Shown: piece by piece, positions 28,118 to 41,825 of the stretch
Layout: every line of letters starts with the position of its first letter
Numbering within the stretch: position 1 is the first letter of the stretch
Origin: Eledone cirrhosa
Lineage: Eukaryota
Assembly: GCA_964016885.1 (NCBI GenBank)
Contig: OZ024758.1
Coordinates: forward strand, 15,500,001 to 15,564,000
DNA: 64,000 nucleotides
Reading direction: 5' to 3'
The notes under the pieces: model-generated
The model's input: the letters and a program-made list of their open reading frames with translations, nothing else
Told to the model about the DNA's origin: nothing
Databases searched by the model: none
Made by a program: the position numbers and the translations under genes

Positions 28118-28467
28118 ATATATTTTGATTACGTTGAATGTCTATATTTATTAATATGTTGAATATATATATATATATAACAAAGGAATTGTGGTAAGGA
28201 ACCAGATGGACCATAACGCACCAAAGTACTCAATACTTAAGGTAGTAGAGTGGGTAATAGGAACAAGTATGACCCCGACGGCAGAGCTCAAGCCATTTCG
28301 ATGGCTATTTCTGGACTCCTCCAGAAATAGCCTTCTTACATATCATTGACAATTGCTGACCATAGGAGATCCTATGAGAAGTACATATACTAAAACTGCT
28401 TATTTCACCCTGTAATCAACATTGACTATGGTCCATCAGCATCCCCTTCACCACCACCATCATTTAG

Positions 28468-28883
28468 ATATTACAATACAATATATACTATTTCAATATT
28501 ACAATACAATATATACTATTTCAATATTACAATACAATATATACTATTTCAATATTACAATACAATATATACTATTTCAATATTACAATACAATATATAC
28601 TATTTCAATATTACAATACACAATATATACTATTTCAATATTACAATACACAATATATACTATTTCAATATTACAATACACAATATATACTATTTCAATA
28701 TTACAATACACAATATATACTATTTCAATATTACAATACACAATATATACTATTTCAATATTACAATACAATATATACTATTTCAATATTACAATACAAT
28801 ATATACTATTTCAATATTACAATACAATATATACTATTTCAATATTACAATACAATAGATACTATTTCAATATTACAATACAA
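28468..28883. repeat. 28/30-bp AT-rich minisatellite
   Basis: Unit tattacaatac(ac)aatatatactatttcaa, about 14 copies. Confidence 0.92.
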
Positions 28884-30149
28884 TGTGTATATTAAGCTAA
28901 AATTACAATAGCCTGGTATATAAATGTTACAATAAAATATTACAATAAACTATAGAGATGTTACAACAATGGATAACAAATATCTAAAAGTTACTGTGAA
29001 CTACTTCAAGTCTATTAAATATAAGACTGTAACATGGTTGGGGTTAGGAAGGGCATCCATCTGTTGAAACTCCATTTTAAATTGTAGTTTTGGTATCATG
29101 ATAAATATAACCCAGCACACACTGAAACAAGAGTTGTGGTGCACCTGGGCACTGTACACAATATTTCATTATTGTTATTGTTATTATATCATGACTCATA
29201 CACTGTTCATTTTCCTGACATTTGTACATTATTCTATGTACTATACATGCACCTCTGATGAGTTGTAGTGCATCTGAGCACTGTACACAATAATTTCATT
29301 ATTATTATTATTATTATTATAAGGTACTACTGAGGTCCCTAATTTCAATACAGTGGGGGGAGGGGGTCAGAATTCATCGGCATATAAAGGGATATGCTAC
29401 ATTTCCAAAACTACAGCTGATAGGACAAAACTAATTGTACATTAAGAAGAGATTTATTGTAAAAAATTCAAGTGTCTTTTGAGGTTATGAAAACGGAAAA
29501 GGAAGTGAAAGACAAGGGCTCTAGTGTCACAGAAGAACGGGGAGGGTGAAGGGGGAGGTGAAGAGAGAAAGGATGAAGGGGGAGATGAAGAGAGGAAGGA
29601 TGAAGGGGTGGTGATGTGCTCTGGGTCTAGAGTGTGGCAGTATTGGGTATATTTGCAAACAATATACCTAAGAATAGGTCTAACTTCTTTTGTAGCAAAA
29701 TGTATGATAGACAGATTGTTAGAATCTATAATTATTTTATTTAAAATGATGATGGGTGGGGACAAATTCTGTTTGTGTATTCCAGTATAGGCATGTGATT
29801 ATTTTGTAAGTGGCTGTAATGTTGTTGTTGCTGATATGTAACCCCAATTAGTTCTGATGGAAATTAATCAGGAGCCCATCAAATAGATTGTTTGATATTG
29901 AAAGGGACAGCCTTATCACACACAAGGTCCTGACTTCAATCCTGTTGCATGACATCTTCAAAAAGTGTCTTTTTCATAATCTCAGGTTAATCCAAGACTT
30001 GTCAAGGAAATTAGGTATACAGAAACTATGTGGAAGCCTGTTGGATTAATTGTTGTTGTTGATATGTAACCCCAATAGGTTCAGCTCAAGTTTATTTATA
30101 GTATGTAAGTAGGAAAATGATTCTAGATCTTTCTTGCTTTTTTCTTAGC

Positions 30150-30812
30150 CCCCTTATTCCTGAGAGGGTCATGTGAGCAGAGTCCTCAAACACTCCTTCC
30201 AGCAGGTCCTGTCAGAAGCAACCATCTCCAACTGAACTGGCTGAATCCCCAAGTGTGACCAGCCAAATTCATGGATGTTATCCAACCATCTAACTCGGGA
30301 TCTACCCGTAGGTCTCCTGCCAGTTGGTTTTGCCTGTAAAATATGTCCAGTGATTCTTTCCTGAGACATTCGAACCACATGTCCATAGTATCAGAGCTGT
30401 GATCTCTCAATTCAGAGAAGTAGCAGCTCTACCTGGAGTGGCTCTCTGATCTCCAAGCTACAAATCTGTCCAGTGATTCCTTCCTGAGACATTCTAACCA
30501 CATGTTCATAGTATCAGAGCTGTGATCTCTCAATTCAGAGAAGTAGCAGCTCTACCTTGAGTGGCTCTCTGATCTCCAAGCTACAAATCTGTCCAGTGAT
30601 TCCTTCCTGAGACATTCTAACCACATGTTCATAGTATCAGAGCTGTGATCTCCCAATTTGAAGAAGTAGCGAATCTGCCTGGAGTGACTCTCTGAGCTAC
30701 AAATCTGTCCAGTGATTCTTTCCTGAGACATTCTAACCACATGCCCATAGTATCGGAGCTGTGATCTCTCAATTTGGAGAAGTAGCAGCTCTACGTGGAG
30801 TGACTCTTTGAT
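30150..30812 (-). mobile_element. Same RTE-type fragment with about 4 tandem 123-bp units
   Basis: VRMSQERITGHILQAKPTGRRPTGRSRVRWLDNI; repeated aaatctgtccagtgatt...gagtgactctctg units. Confidence 0.8.
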
Positions 30813-31769
30813 TTGCTTTTTTCTAGCTGAGATAATTTTATGTCAAGCATATTGATCTGTGTGAAGACAGGTGGCTTAGTGGAATCAATTCATTTCTACC
30901 TTTGTAGTTAGTTTTGAGATAACTTTGACCTTAATTCATTCTTTAGCAGTTTTTATAAGAGTATATTGTAGTGCACCTGAGCACTGTACACAATAATTTA
31001 CATTATTATTATTATTAGGGGCGATGGATTGGCAGTATCGGTAGAGGGCTGGACACCATGCTTGGACGCATAGAGTTACGGCCCTTGCCATTCTGAGTTC
31101 AAATCCCGCCGAGGTTAACTTTGCCTTTCATCCTTACGGGATCAATAAAATAAAGTACCAGTAATGCACTGGGTAATTGCTGGCCTTGTGCCTAAAGTAG
31201 AAACAATTATTATTTGTTGTTATATAAGGGTTATATAAGGGCAGTGGATTGGCAGTATCAGTAGCGGGTTGGACGCCATGCTTTGCAGCATAGTTATGTC
31301 GCTTTATGGTTTGAGTTCAAATCCTGCCGAGGTTAACTTTGCCTTTCATCCTTACAAGTCCGATAAAATAAAGTACCAGTAATGCACTGGGATAATTGCT
31401 GGCCTTGTGCCAAAAGTAGAAACAATTATTTGTTGTTATATATTGTTGGTGTAAGAAGGGCATCTAGCTGTAGAAACCAAGCCAGAATCAGTTCTGTATG
31501 AGCGAGACATGGTCACATGACCTGCCATTGCTCACAACAGGACTACTTGTCCTACCCATGCTAGCATGGAAAAACGGACATGATGATGATATATATATTT
31601 ATATATATATGAAAATACAATAGTAAAAATGGTTGGTGTGAGGAAGGGCTTCCAGCTGTAAAATCCTCAGCCAAAATTCTGGCCAGACTTGTCTCTCAAT
31701 GTGGACAACCTGTCTAACCCATGCAAGCAGGGAAAAATGGATGCTAAACAATGATGATGATGAAAAGAC

Positions 31770-32336
31770 TTATTTTGTTAGAGGTGCCTACTGACTGTAG
31801 GTTTCGCTTTGTACTTAGGCAAGGCGGGTCTTCTGTATAACTGTGTAGCGCCAAAGATCTTGGTCCAGTGGTATTGTCTTGGAGAGGTGTAAGTGTGCGA
31901 GGTCGGAATTTATCAAGTCGTCCCAGGTTTTTCTGGGTCTGCCTACTCCGTGGCTACCATCTATTTTTATCGCCCTGCACTTTTTTATACAGCTGTCGTC
32001 TTTCATGCGCATCACGTGACCGTACCAACGTAGCCTTCTCTCGAGTAAACATCCGATCCCTCTTATTCCTAATTTCTCCCTTAGTTCGTTTATGCTTTGC
32101 CGTTCACGTATATTACTATTACACATCCAACGGAGCATGCAAGCTTCGTTTCTCTCCAGTCTGCGTATATCCTCTGCACACAATGCCCAGGTCTAACTGC
32201 CATGTAACATTGCTGTTCGTATGCAGGCATCATACAGCCTGCCTTTCATTTTTAGAGAGAACCCTTTAGCGGCCAATAGTGATATAACCTCTCTGAACTT
32301 TTTCCATCCCGTTCTGTACTTTCAGAGCACCCTCTC

Positions 32337-32337
<1 letters not shown>
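31770..32337 (-). mobile_element. RTE LINE 3' fragment, frameshifted
   Basis: CAEDIRRLERNEACMLRWMC...GRPRKTW...KTRLA. Confidence 0.88.
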
Positions 32338-32389
<52 letters not shown>

Positions 32390-32799
32390 TCATCATCATC
32401 ATCATCATCATCATCGTTTAACGTCCATATTCCACGCTTGCATGGGTTTGGACGGGAGTTTTCCCACTTGAGGCAAGAGTGGTTGTTTTGCTCGCATAGG
32501 ACTGTCTGGCTGGTTTTCTACGGCTGGATGCCCTTCCTACCACCAACCACATTTACAGTGTGGAACTGGGAGGTTTTTACCGTGTTACCTACACGGCCAC
32601 ATTACAGTGATATTAATAAATGGAAACCACATTACAATGATATTAATAAATGGAAACTATATTTATAAAACCATATTTATTCTATTATATATTTGGTACA
32701 CTTTCATCAGATAAAATACAAAGTTTGTTTTATAAATATTGACATATCCAGGAATTAGACCTTAACAGTTCAAGTTTTACCTGGATAGTATCATTGATA

Positions 32800-33322
32800 T
32801 TCATCATCATCATCATCATCAGGTTTAGCGTCCGTGTTCCACGCTTGCATGGGTTTGGACGGGGGTTTTCCCACTTGAGGCAAGAGTGGTTGTCTTGCTC
32901 GCATAGGACTGTCTGGCAGGTTTTCTACAGTTGGATGCCCTTCCTAACACCAACCACATTTACAGTGTGGGGCTGGGAGGTTTTTACCGTGTTGCCTACA
33001 CGGCCACATTACAGCGTGGACTGTCTGGCGGGTTTTCTACAGCTGGATGCCCTTCCTAACACCAACCACATTTACAGTGTGGGGCTGGGAGGTTTTTACC
33101 GTGTTGCCTACACGGCCACATTTACAGCGTGGACTGTGTGTTTTTTGTCGTGACACCTACACGATCTCATTTGTTTCGGCCTGGATGTTGTGGGACCAAC
33201 ATAACTTTACATTGAAAGGGGCGGTGTGGGTGGGGTGGAGGTGGTGGGATGGGGGTGTGTTTTGATAGAGATGCCTACTGACTGTAGTAGGTTTTTACTT
33301 TGTATTTAGGTAAGGCGGGTCT
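32800..33322 (-). mobile_element. RTE 3' UTR-only copy, near-identical to 15495-16019
   Basis: Reverse complement matches the 15.5-16.0 kb UTR, including the internal duplication. Confidence 0.85.
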
Positions 33323-33406
33323 TATACTCCAAAAAACTTGTTGAGTGCTTCGAATCAGTTATAAATATATATTTGTTGAATTACCAACAAATTAAATATC
33401 CCCTTA

Positions 33407-33452
<46 letters not shown>

Positions 33453-35487
33453 GAAGTGTCAAGAAATGCCAGTAGAAGAAAGACCATGAAAAACATGGGC
33501 GGAGGTGGTGAGAGCAGACCTCAGATTGCCGAAGCTCACGGAGGAGATGACAAAGGACCGTGACAAGTGGAGAGATGCTGTGCTGAGTAGGACCCGACCC
33601 ACCCTTGCAAGCAGGGAAAAGTGGACGTAAAATGATGATGATGATGATGATGATATATATAAATTTAGAAGAAACAGGGTGCTGTTTGGTTACCGATAAA
33701 GTGTATTTAGAAATGAAAGGAAAGCACAAACAAGGGATAGGTCGCCTCTTCAGTTGTCTGCTGAGGATCAGACATCTGAAGAGAGGACCTGTCCCTTGCT
33801 TGTGTTTTCCCTTCATTTATATATATATATATATATATATGAAGCATGTATACATACAGCAAAGTTGCATGGTAGTGGGACCTGGGCACTGTGTGCAGAG
33901 TACTTGCGAAGATTGGAAAGAAATGAAGCTTCCATGCTTCAATGGATGTGTAATAGTAATATACATGAACGGCAAAGCATAAATGATGATGATGATATAT
34001 AAATTGTGTGTATAATATATATATTGTGTGTATGATATATATAGTGTGTGTGTATGATTGCACATGCTTCTTTTTATTAGGCCCCAATCACACTCATACA
34101 GATCCTCCCCCAAAAAATAGCTCCATGGCCCCTAATTCATAATCATTAATCCTTTAGCATTTACATTATATTTACTTTTGTATTTTCATGGTAAACACTT
34201 TACTTCACATAATTATCTCACATAATATTGAATCTATGAGATTTTGATATTTATTTTGAGAACAATACCTTAACATAAGTATGAGCAGCCGGTTAGGGCT
34301 GGTTTGAACAGAAAGAGTTGAGAGAATTCTGGCCGGATATGGCCGGTTAAAATTCTACAAAATACCTGAAAATAAAATTAAGAATAAAATTAGAATATTT
34401 TACCTCTCAGACTCCTTAATTCATTTCAAACACAGAGATAAAAAGTTTCACAATTCTCATAATGGCACTTGGCTATTCCAGTTCCTTAGTCTTGCTCTCA
34501 ACCCATGGTAATGCCACGAACATCTTGACATGCTTCTAATATTTCCAGAAAAGCAACATCAGCATTCTTTGTTGTATTGTGTAATTGAAGATGTATGTTT
34601 TCTCCATTTTTTTTTTTTTTTGCTTTCTTTTCTCATCTTTCAATCTTTTATTGTATTTAGTTTGGAACAATAAAGGCCAATGTTGTCTTTTAGCATAAGC
34701 TAAACAAACTACAATTTAGGAGCTCACAATTTACAGGGGTTTCAAAATAATTAAAAATCAAATATGTTTTCAGGCAAATATGTATAAGATATTCTGGTAT
34801 AATTTTTTAAAAAATCCAACAGAGAAAATAGGAGTTTTGAAAATATATTATGAATAACAAAATGCTTCATTATTACATAACAGTTGTCAAAACAGGGTCC
34901 TCTATGATTTGTTTTCATTTTGAAGGTAATAAAACATTAAATTATCTTTTCCAAAGAGATTGATTGATGCCGAAAAACTATAAAAATATTCAAATATATT
35001 CATTATTTTCAATAGGATGGTGTTCAAATTTCAAGAATTTAGATTTTGATGTTGTGTGGGAGTTCAAATATAACAACACCATAGAAATTCGTCCCCTGAT
35101 AGATTCAGTTAAATCTTTGACTAACAAAAGATAAAACAAGGCTAAATACAACTAGTATTGAATCAGTAACAATCTCTATAGAACACACTGTTATCTGTTG
35201 TCAATATAAATCATTGTTGAAAACTGACATATATATTTATTTATGTTAGCAAATGTATAGAATCGAATGACATTAAAATATATAAATAATTGTTTCTACT
35301 TTTGGCACAAGGCCAGCAATTATCCCAGTGTATTACTGGTACTTTATTTTATCGACCCGAAACAGCGAGCGGGTTTGAAATTATTAGAAATGTAATCTAT
35401 CGCCGTATTTTGACTAAAGAAATTAAAGAAATTATTTAGCCTGATAGTGGGGTTAAGAACCCTCAGAGAAATGGAAAAAGATGAGTA

Positions 35488-35561
35488 TTGACGTACATGG
35501 GAGTCGAACCCACATCTTTGGTTATCCGGACCACTGTGCTACCATTTACACCAACACATCA
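35488..35561 (-). tRNA. tRNA-like cloverleaf (nominal anticodon GGA); probably a pseudogene or retroelement-derived
   Basis: Acceptor stem tgatgtg/tacgtca, D arm ggtgtaaatggtagcac, anticodon arm tggt-ccggata-acca, T arm gtggg-ttcgact-cccat; C at position 33 and T at 37 are atypical. Confidence 0.55.
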
Positions 35562-35610
35562 CCCGTCTTTTTCCATTCAAATTAGAAGCTATAAACTTAG
35601 CGACTGTATA

Positions 35611-35942
35611 TGGAGGCACATGGCTTAGTGGTTAGAGCATTGGCCTTGCAATCGAAAGGTTGTGAGTTCAATTCTCAGACCAGGTGATGTGTTGTTTCTT
35701 TGAGCAAGACACTTTATTTCACATTGCTCCAGTTCACTCAGCTGTAGAAATGAGATGATAGGGACAGGGGTCCATATCATTCCACTGCAAAGTGGTTGTG
35801 GAGGTGCCACGGCAAAAAAGCACCCAGCACTCACTGTAAATGAGGTTGGTGTTAGGAAGGGCATCCAGCTGTAGAAATCAAGCCAGAATCAGTTCCCGTC
35901 CCACCCTTGCAAGCAGGGAAAAGCGGACGTAAAATGATGATA
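35611..35942 (+). mobile_element. SINE family B copy
   Basis: Near-identical to 17962-18312. Confidence 0.85.
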
Positions 35943-36439
35943 CATGTATACATATATATATATATATATACACACAGGCATACATACATACATGCAATTA
36001 ATCATACATACATCCATGCATACATACATATATACATATATACATACATACATATATCCATACGTATATGTACATACATACAGTTGTGTGCATTTGTATG
36101 GGTGTGTGTGTGTATATATATTTATATATGTGTGCATACAAAATTAATAAAAGGGTCGTTTGTTTTTTGCTAGCGGCTTTTTATTAAGTTACACTACTAC
36201 AAAACTATTTTTATAGCATATTTTATTGTTAGTATGAGGGGGGAAAAACTGTACACAAAAAGAAAAAAATATCCTTTTGTTTCATCAACAGAAATAAGCC
36301 AAATTTTTTAAAACATATAATCTAGAGAAGAGAGCTAATTCGTGACAAGTTTTCCCCACCAACACGCTCGCAACCTGACCATTTAGGCTCGTTTTATTCA
36401 GAAACCTACTCATTTTTTAGTCTTATGACCAGAATAAGC

Positions 36440-36604
36440 TATAAATGCAGCAGTCATGCGACCTATTCATCATAACCTCAGTTTATCATTTCACTGGAAT
36501 ATATACACTTAGTTTACAGAGTGAGAGCGATAAACAGAGATTTATATATATATATATATAGAGAGAGAGAGAACTCACTGAACTTAGTGTGACTAAATAT
36601 TAAG
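36440..36604 (+). promoter_or_regulatory. Candidate promoter and non-coding first exon of the MARVEL gene
   Basis: TATAAA at 36440, TCAGTT Inr-like motif at 36478, aag|gtatga donor at 36604/5 in unique sequence; the ATG exon at 43790 has an acceptor and needs an upstream exon. Confidence 0.3.
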
Positions 36605-36669
36605 GTATGATTTTCAAACATTTACTTTTAAAGTTTTCAAGTTAAATTTGTTGGATAATTTTCAAACAT

Positions 36670-36729
<60 letters not shown>

Positions 36730-36921
36730 ATGTTTATATATTTATAAATATATCAATGTTTATATATATATATTTTTAAAAAGGAAAAGAATAACTTCCC
36801 TTTTGTAGAAAACCAAATTGTAAAATTAAATAAGATTAAATTAAATTGTTTAGAAGTCATTTTTTTCCTTTTTTTAAACATACCTAACTGTACCAAGGAT
36901 TTCACACATTTTCCAATATAT

Positions 36922-37281
36922 ATCATCATCATCATTTCATTTTACGTCCGCTTTTTCCCTGCTTGCAAGGGTGGGACGGGAATTGATTCTGGCTTGATTT
37001 CTACAGCTGGATGCCCTTCCTAACACCAACCTCATTTACACTGAGTGCTGGGTGCTTTTTTTTTGTGGCGCCTACACGTCCACTTTACAGTGTGGGCTGG
37101 GTGCTTTTTTGCCGTGGCACCTCCACGACCACTTTGCAGTGGAATGATAGGGACCCCAGCTGAATGAACTGGAGCAATGTGAAATAAAGTGTCTTGCTCA
37201 AGAAATCACCCGGTCTGAGAATTGAACTCACAACCTTTCGATTGCAAGGCCAATGCTCTAACCACTAAGCCGTGTGCCCCC
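36922..37281 (-). mobile_element. SINE family B copy
   Basis: Reverse complement of family B with small indels. Confidence 0.8.
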
Positions 37282-37301
37282 ATGTGTATATGTATATATA
37301 T

Positions 37302-37332
<31 letters not shown>

Positions 37333-37952
37333 CACACATATGTACATGCATTCTTACGTTGAACGTTGATGATATATATAGAAATATGAGTAAAATTTAC
37401 TCTCATTATTATATTGCTGGGTGGTGGATTGGCAGAATCGGTAGAGGGTTGGACGCCATGCTTTCCAGCATAGTTACGTCCCTTTACGTCTGAGTTCAAA
37501 TCCCGCCGAGGTTGACTTTGCCTTTCATCCTTACGGGGTCGATAAAATAAAGTACCAGTAATGCACTGGGTAATTGTCGGCCTTGTGCCTAAAAGTAGAA
37601 ACAATTATTATTACTATTATATATATATAATAGTAATAATAATTGTTTCTACTATTGGCACAAGGCCAGCAATTACCCCAGTACATTACTGGTACTTTAT
37701 TTTATCGACCCCGTAAGGATGAAAGGCAAAGTCAACGTTGGCGGGAATAATAATGAGAGTAAATTTTACTCATTTACTGAGTGTTTTAGCTCAATGCAAT
37801 GATAGGATCATGCAGAACTTATATAGTTACAGTTTGTTTAGAAACCAAACAAATTTAAGAGTTTAAGGCATTTAAACTCTTAAATTCTTTGGTTTCTAAA
37901 CAAACTGTAACTATAGATATATGTACATGCATCCATACATTGAATGATGATG

Positions 37953-37986
<34 letters not shown>

Positions 37987-38133
37987 GTATTTATTATTAT
38001 TATCTAACGCCAAATATTATATATCGATTAATCATTTAAACTTGGGCTTCATTGTTTTCTGACTAAGAAAATCCAGTATGTATGTAATATCCTCCTCATC
38101 ATCATTTAATACTCATTAAATATTGATGAAATA

Positions 38134-38167
<34 letters not shown>

Positions 38168-38345
38168 ACGAAGGAAATGTGGTAAGGAACCAGGTGGATC
38201 ATAACGCACCAAAGTACTCAATACTTAGGATAGTAGAGTGGGTAATAGGCACGAGTAGGACCCCGACGGCTGAGCTCAAGCCGTTTCGACGGCTAATTCT
38301 GGACTAAAACGGCTTGAGCTCAGCCGTCGGGGTCCTACTCGTTCC

Positions 38346-38388
<43 letters not shown>

Positions 38389-38396
38389 GCATGTAT

Positions 38397-38985
38397 CATC
38401 ACCATCACCGTTTTACGTCCGTTCTTCCATGCTAGCATGGGTTAGATGGGTTGTCCTGATATGGGCAGTGCCGGGTCGGCTGACCTTGTCTTGTTCATAC
38501 GGGAACTGATTCTGGCTTGATTTCTACAGCTGGATGCCCTTCCTAACACCAACCTCATTTACAGTGAGTGCTGGGTGCTTTTTTGCCGTGGCACCTCCAC
38601 GACCACTTTGCAGTGGGAGGGTGTGGCAGCATATTGTCTATATGCTTCAGCTTCGGCTTGTACCCATGGGGGGATCGGGTCTTATGTATTACTGCGTGAT
38701 GCCAGAGGTCACGGTCATGTGTCATCGCCTCTGAGAGGTGTAATTAGGTAAGGTCAGCTTTTATCACCTCATCCTAGGTCTTCTTAGGTCTCCCCACTCC
38801 GCAGTTTCCATCGACTTCTAGTGCTTTGCACCTTTTTATGCAGCTGTCAACCTTCATACGCATCACATGTTCATACTAATGCAACTGCTTCTCCTGCACA
38901 CAGCATTTGATTCCTCTTATGCTCAGTCTCTCTCTCAATTCATTTATGCTTTGCCGTTCGCATATATTACTATTACACATCCATC
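38397..38985 (-). mobile_element. Degraded RTE LINE 3' end with UTR
   Basis: Matches the 53680-54411 copy in reverse orientation. Confidence 0.8.
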
Positions 38986-41825
38986 AGTTATTCTCATAAC
39001 ATAGGTTATTCTCATCATTATCATTTTTCTGTTTGCTTTTCTCTACTGGCATAAGCTGAAAAAAGCTATTATAAGGCAGTTTCTATGGTATGATTCCCTT
39101 CCAAATTCCAAACCCTAATTGATTTTTAAGTAATAGACTAATATTTAGCATCTAAAAAACTTCATGTTTTGGCGTTGTAAAACTGGGGAGTTAAACCATT
39201 GATGTGTAAGTCTTTTGTATGGCTGTGTATACTAGATGTAAAGTGACCATTTAAACTCTCCAAACCTAAAATTTGAGAAAATAACCAAATGGAAATATTT
39301 GTTAGTTCTAAAGATTATGACATAACAGAGGATGGTTACATATACATAGATATATGTAAGAAGTTATGATCTAGAGAGAATGTAAACAAAACAAAATCGG
39401 GGATGTTCCTGCAGAAAGATGGATGTCTTTTGAACATGCATATAATATTAAGTTGGTTGTATTTGAAGTAGCAGTTACCTTAATCACATCAAAGGAATCG
39501 GATTAGTTAAAGCTAACTTTAAACAGCCATCCTACAAGTATGTTTCATCTTTCAAATAAGCAGATGAGAGAACCTCTCCATCAATAAAGGTTTCTTATTT
39601 AGGCAAAAGGCCAACAATTTTTTTGCGAAGTGAAAGTTGTTTAAATCGAACCCAGTACATTACTGGTACTTTATTTTATCGACTCCCATCAGGATTTGAA
39701 CTCAGAACGTAAAGGGCCGTAACTCTATGTCGCGAAGCATGTTGTCCAACGCTCTACTGATTCTGCCAATCCACCGCCATTCAATAATGAATCATGTATA
39801 GACCTTAAAGACCAGAAAGGCAGACTATAAATACATGCTTGTACCACAGAAATCCTTCAACAGTTAAAAACTTCTAAGATGGGAATATTTACGAGTTGTC
39901 CACATTTTAGGAAGTTCTACCTAAAACCTGAAAGACTCAATCACCAGAGCATAAACCACCCCAATGGACTGACCAATTGTGATTGGTACTGTTGTAATTT
40001 TGAGAAACAGTTGCTGATCATTAAACTTGTTTGTTCCATCGAAGTGTAAACAACACGATTTATTAGAAACAACAAACACTAATAACCAAATCTGATTCTC
40101 AAAATCAAAGCCACAGTCAAAACATACCCCTAATGTCTTTCTCCAATGGATGTCATTCAATTTTTTATAATGTTCATTTCTAAGTTGTCTCCCTTGGTTT
40201 CTGATTTTTTAAATTATTTATTTAAAATATTGGTTTTAGATTATTAACAATATTTCCCCATTTTTTTAATTATACTTTATTTATATTTTTTATATGTTTG
40301 GTATCTAGCGGCTGGGGTCCAATGCTAACACAAAGTTTTCAATTGTAAAAAAAGATAAAAAATGAAAGATGTTTCCATAAAATCAAGGATTCCTTAGACA
40401 CTGATATAAATTCAAGGATTTTAATGGAAAGCATCCTTTTCTTTTTTATCAAGGAGTTAACCCATTAGCAGTTAAACTGGCCAGATTCTCTCACCTCTTT
40501 CTGCTCAAACTGGCCGTAACTGGCCACTCATACTAATGTTAAGGTATTGTTCTCAAAATAAATAACATCAAAATCTCATAGATTTGATATTATGTGAGAT
40601 AAAGCCTTTACCATGAAAATACAATATAGAGTAATATAAATGCTATGTGAGATATTATGTAAGGTAAAGCATTTACCATTAAAATACAATAGTATATATA
40701 GAGTAATGTAAATGCTATGTGAAATATTATGTGAGATAAAGCCTTTACCATGAAAATACAATAGTATATATAAAGTAATGTAAATGCTAAATGGTTAATA
40801 ATTTGTTTGTTTTTTGATACTCATGAAGTTTGTGTAATTTCTTTTTTGGCTATTAATCCTCTCAAAATAGTCATCACTGTATGAAGTCTTTTGTCTAAAA
40901 TTTCTATTGTCAAGTACACTGAATCATAGAGACAGGAGTTATTTGTTTGAAAGTTTTTTTTTCAATACTATTCTCTTATTGTAACAGGACCAGTAATAGA
41001 TTTCTAAAAAAAGGAAAATATACTTCCATTATGTCAACTATTGTCAGAGTTTCTGAGACTAAAGTACTTTTGACAATTCTTCTAATATATTATTAGGATT
41101 GGCAAGAAATAGATATATTTGTATAGTCGCTATCTTATTCTTTGCTCACTTATTCCTGAGAGGGTCAAGGGGGCAAAGTCCTCAAACACTCCTTCCAGCA
41201 GGTCCTGTCAAAAGCAATCGTCTCCAACTGATCTGGCTGGATCCCCAAGCGAGACCAGCCAAGCTCATGGATGTTATTCAACCATCTTGATCGGGGTCTA
41301 CCCCTCGGTCTCTTGTCTATTTTACACTGGATCCAAAAATACATACCTTAATATTATCCTTACCGTGGCTTCTTGTGCGTAAATATCTATCCAGCGAATC
41401 TTTCCTGAGACATTCTAACCACGTGCCCATAGTATCGGAGCTGTGATCTCTCAATTCAGAGAAGTAGCTGCTCTACCTGGAGTGACTCTCTCATCTCCGA
41501 GCTACTCACTTTATCAAGTAACGTTACCCCAAAGACCCTTTGGAGGAATCCATTGTTGCTATCAACCAGAAACATAATATAGCATCTCTGTGATTCCTCA
41601 TTTTTCACATTGACAAAAGAGGAATCAGTATATACAATTATTTGTAAATAATGATGGTTCTCAAATCATGGAATAACAATTTCACATTTTTTCCTTCTTT
41701 GCTTTCTTTATTGTTTTGTTAACTTCTTTAGTATATATTTTGTGTTTCCTTCTTCTAAAATGGAACTTAATTCATTATTATCATCATTATCACCATTTAA
41801 CATTCATTTTCCATGCTAGAATGGG

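Noticed and set aside
29454-29830. Possible decayed Penelope-type ORF (PPII...NNL...CKY..YC) on the minus strand
   Set aside because: The similarity is too faint to support without a profile search.
39921-40160. 79-aa minus-strand ORF in unique sequence; also 34400-34700
   Set aside because: No convincing splice-site pair or recognisable motif.
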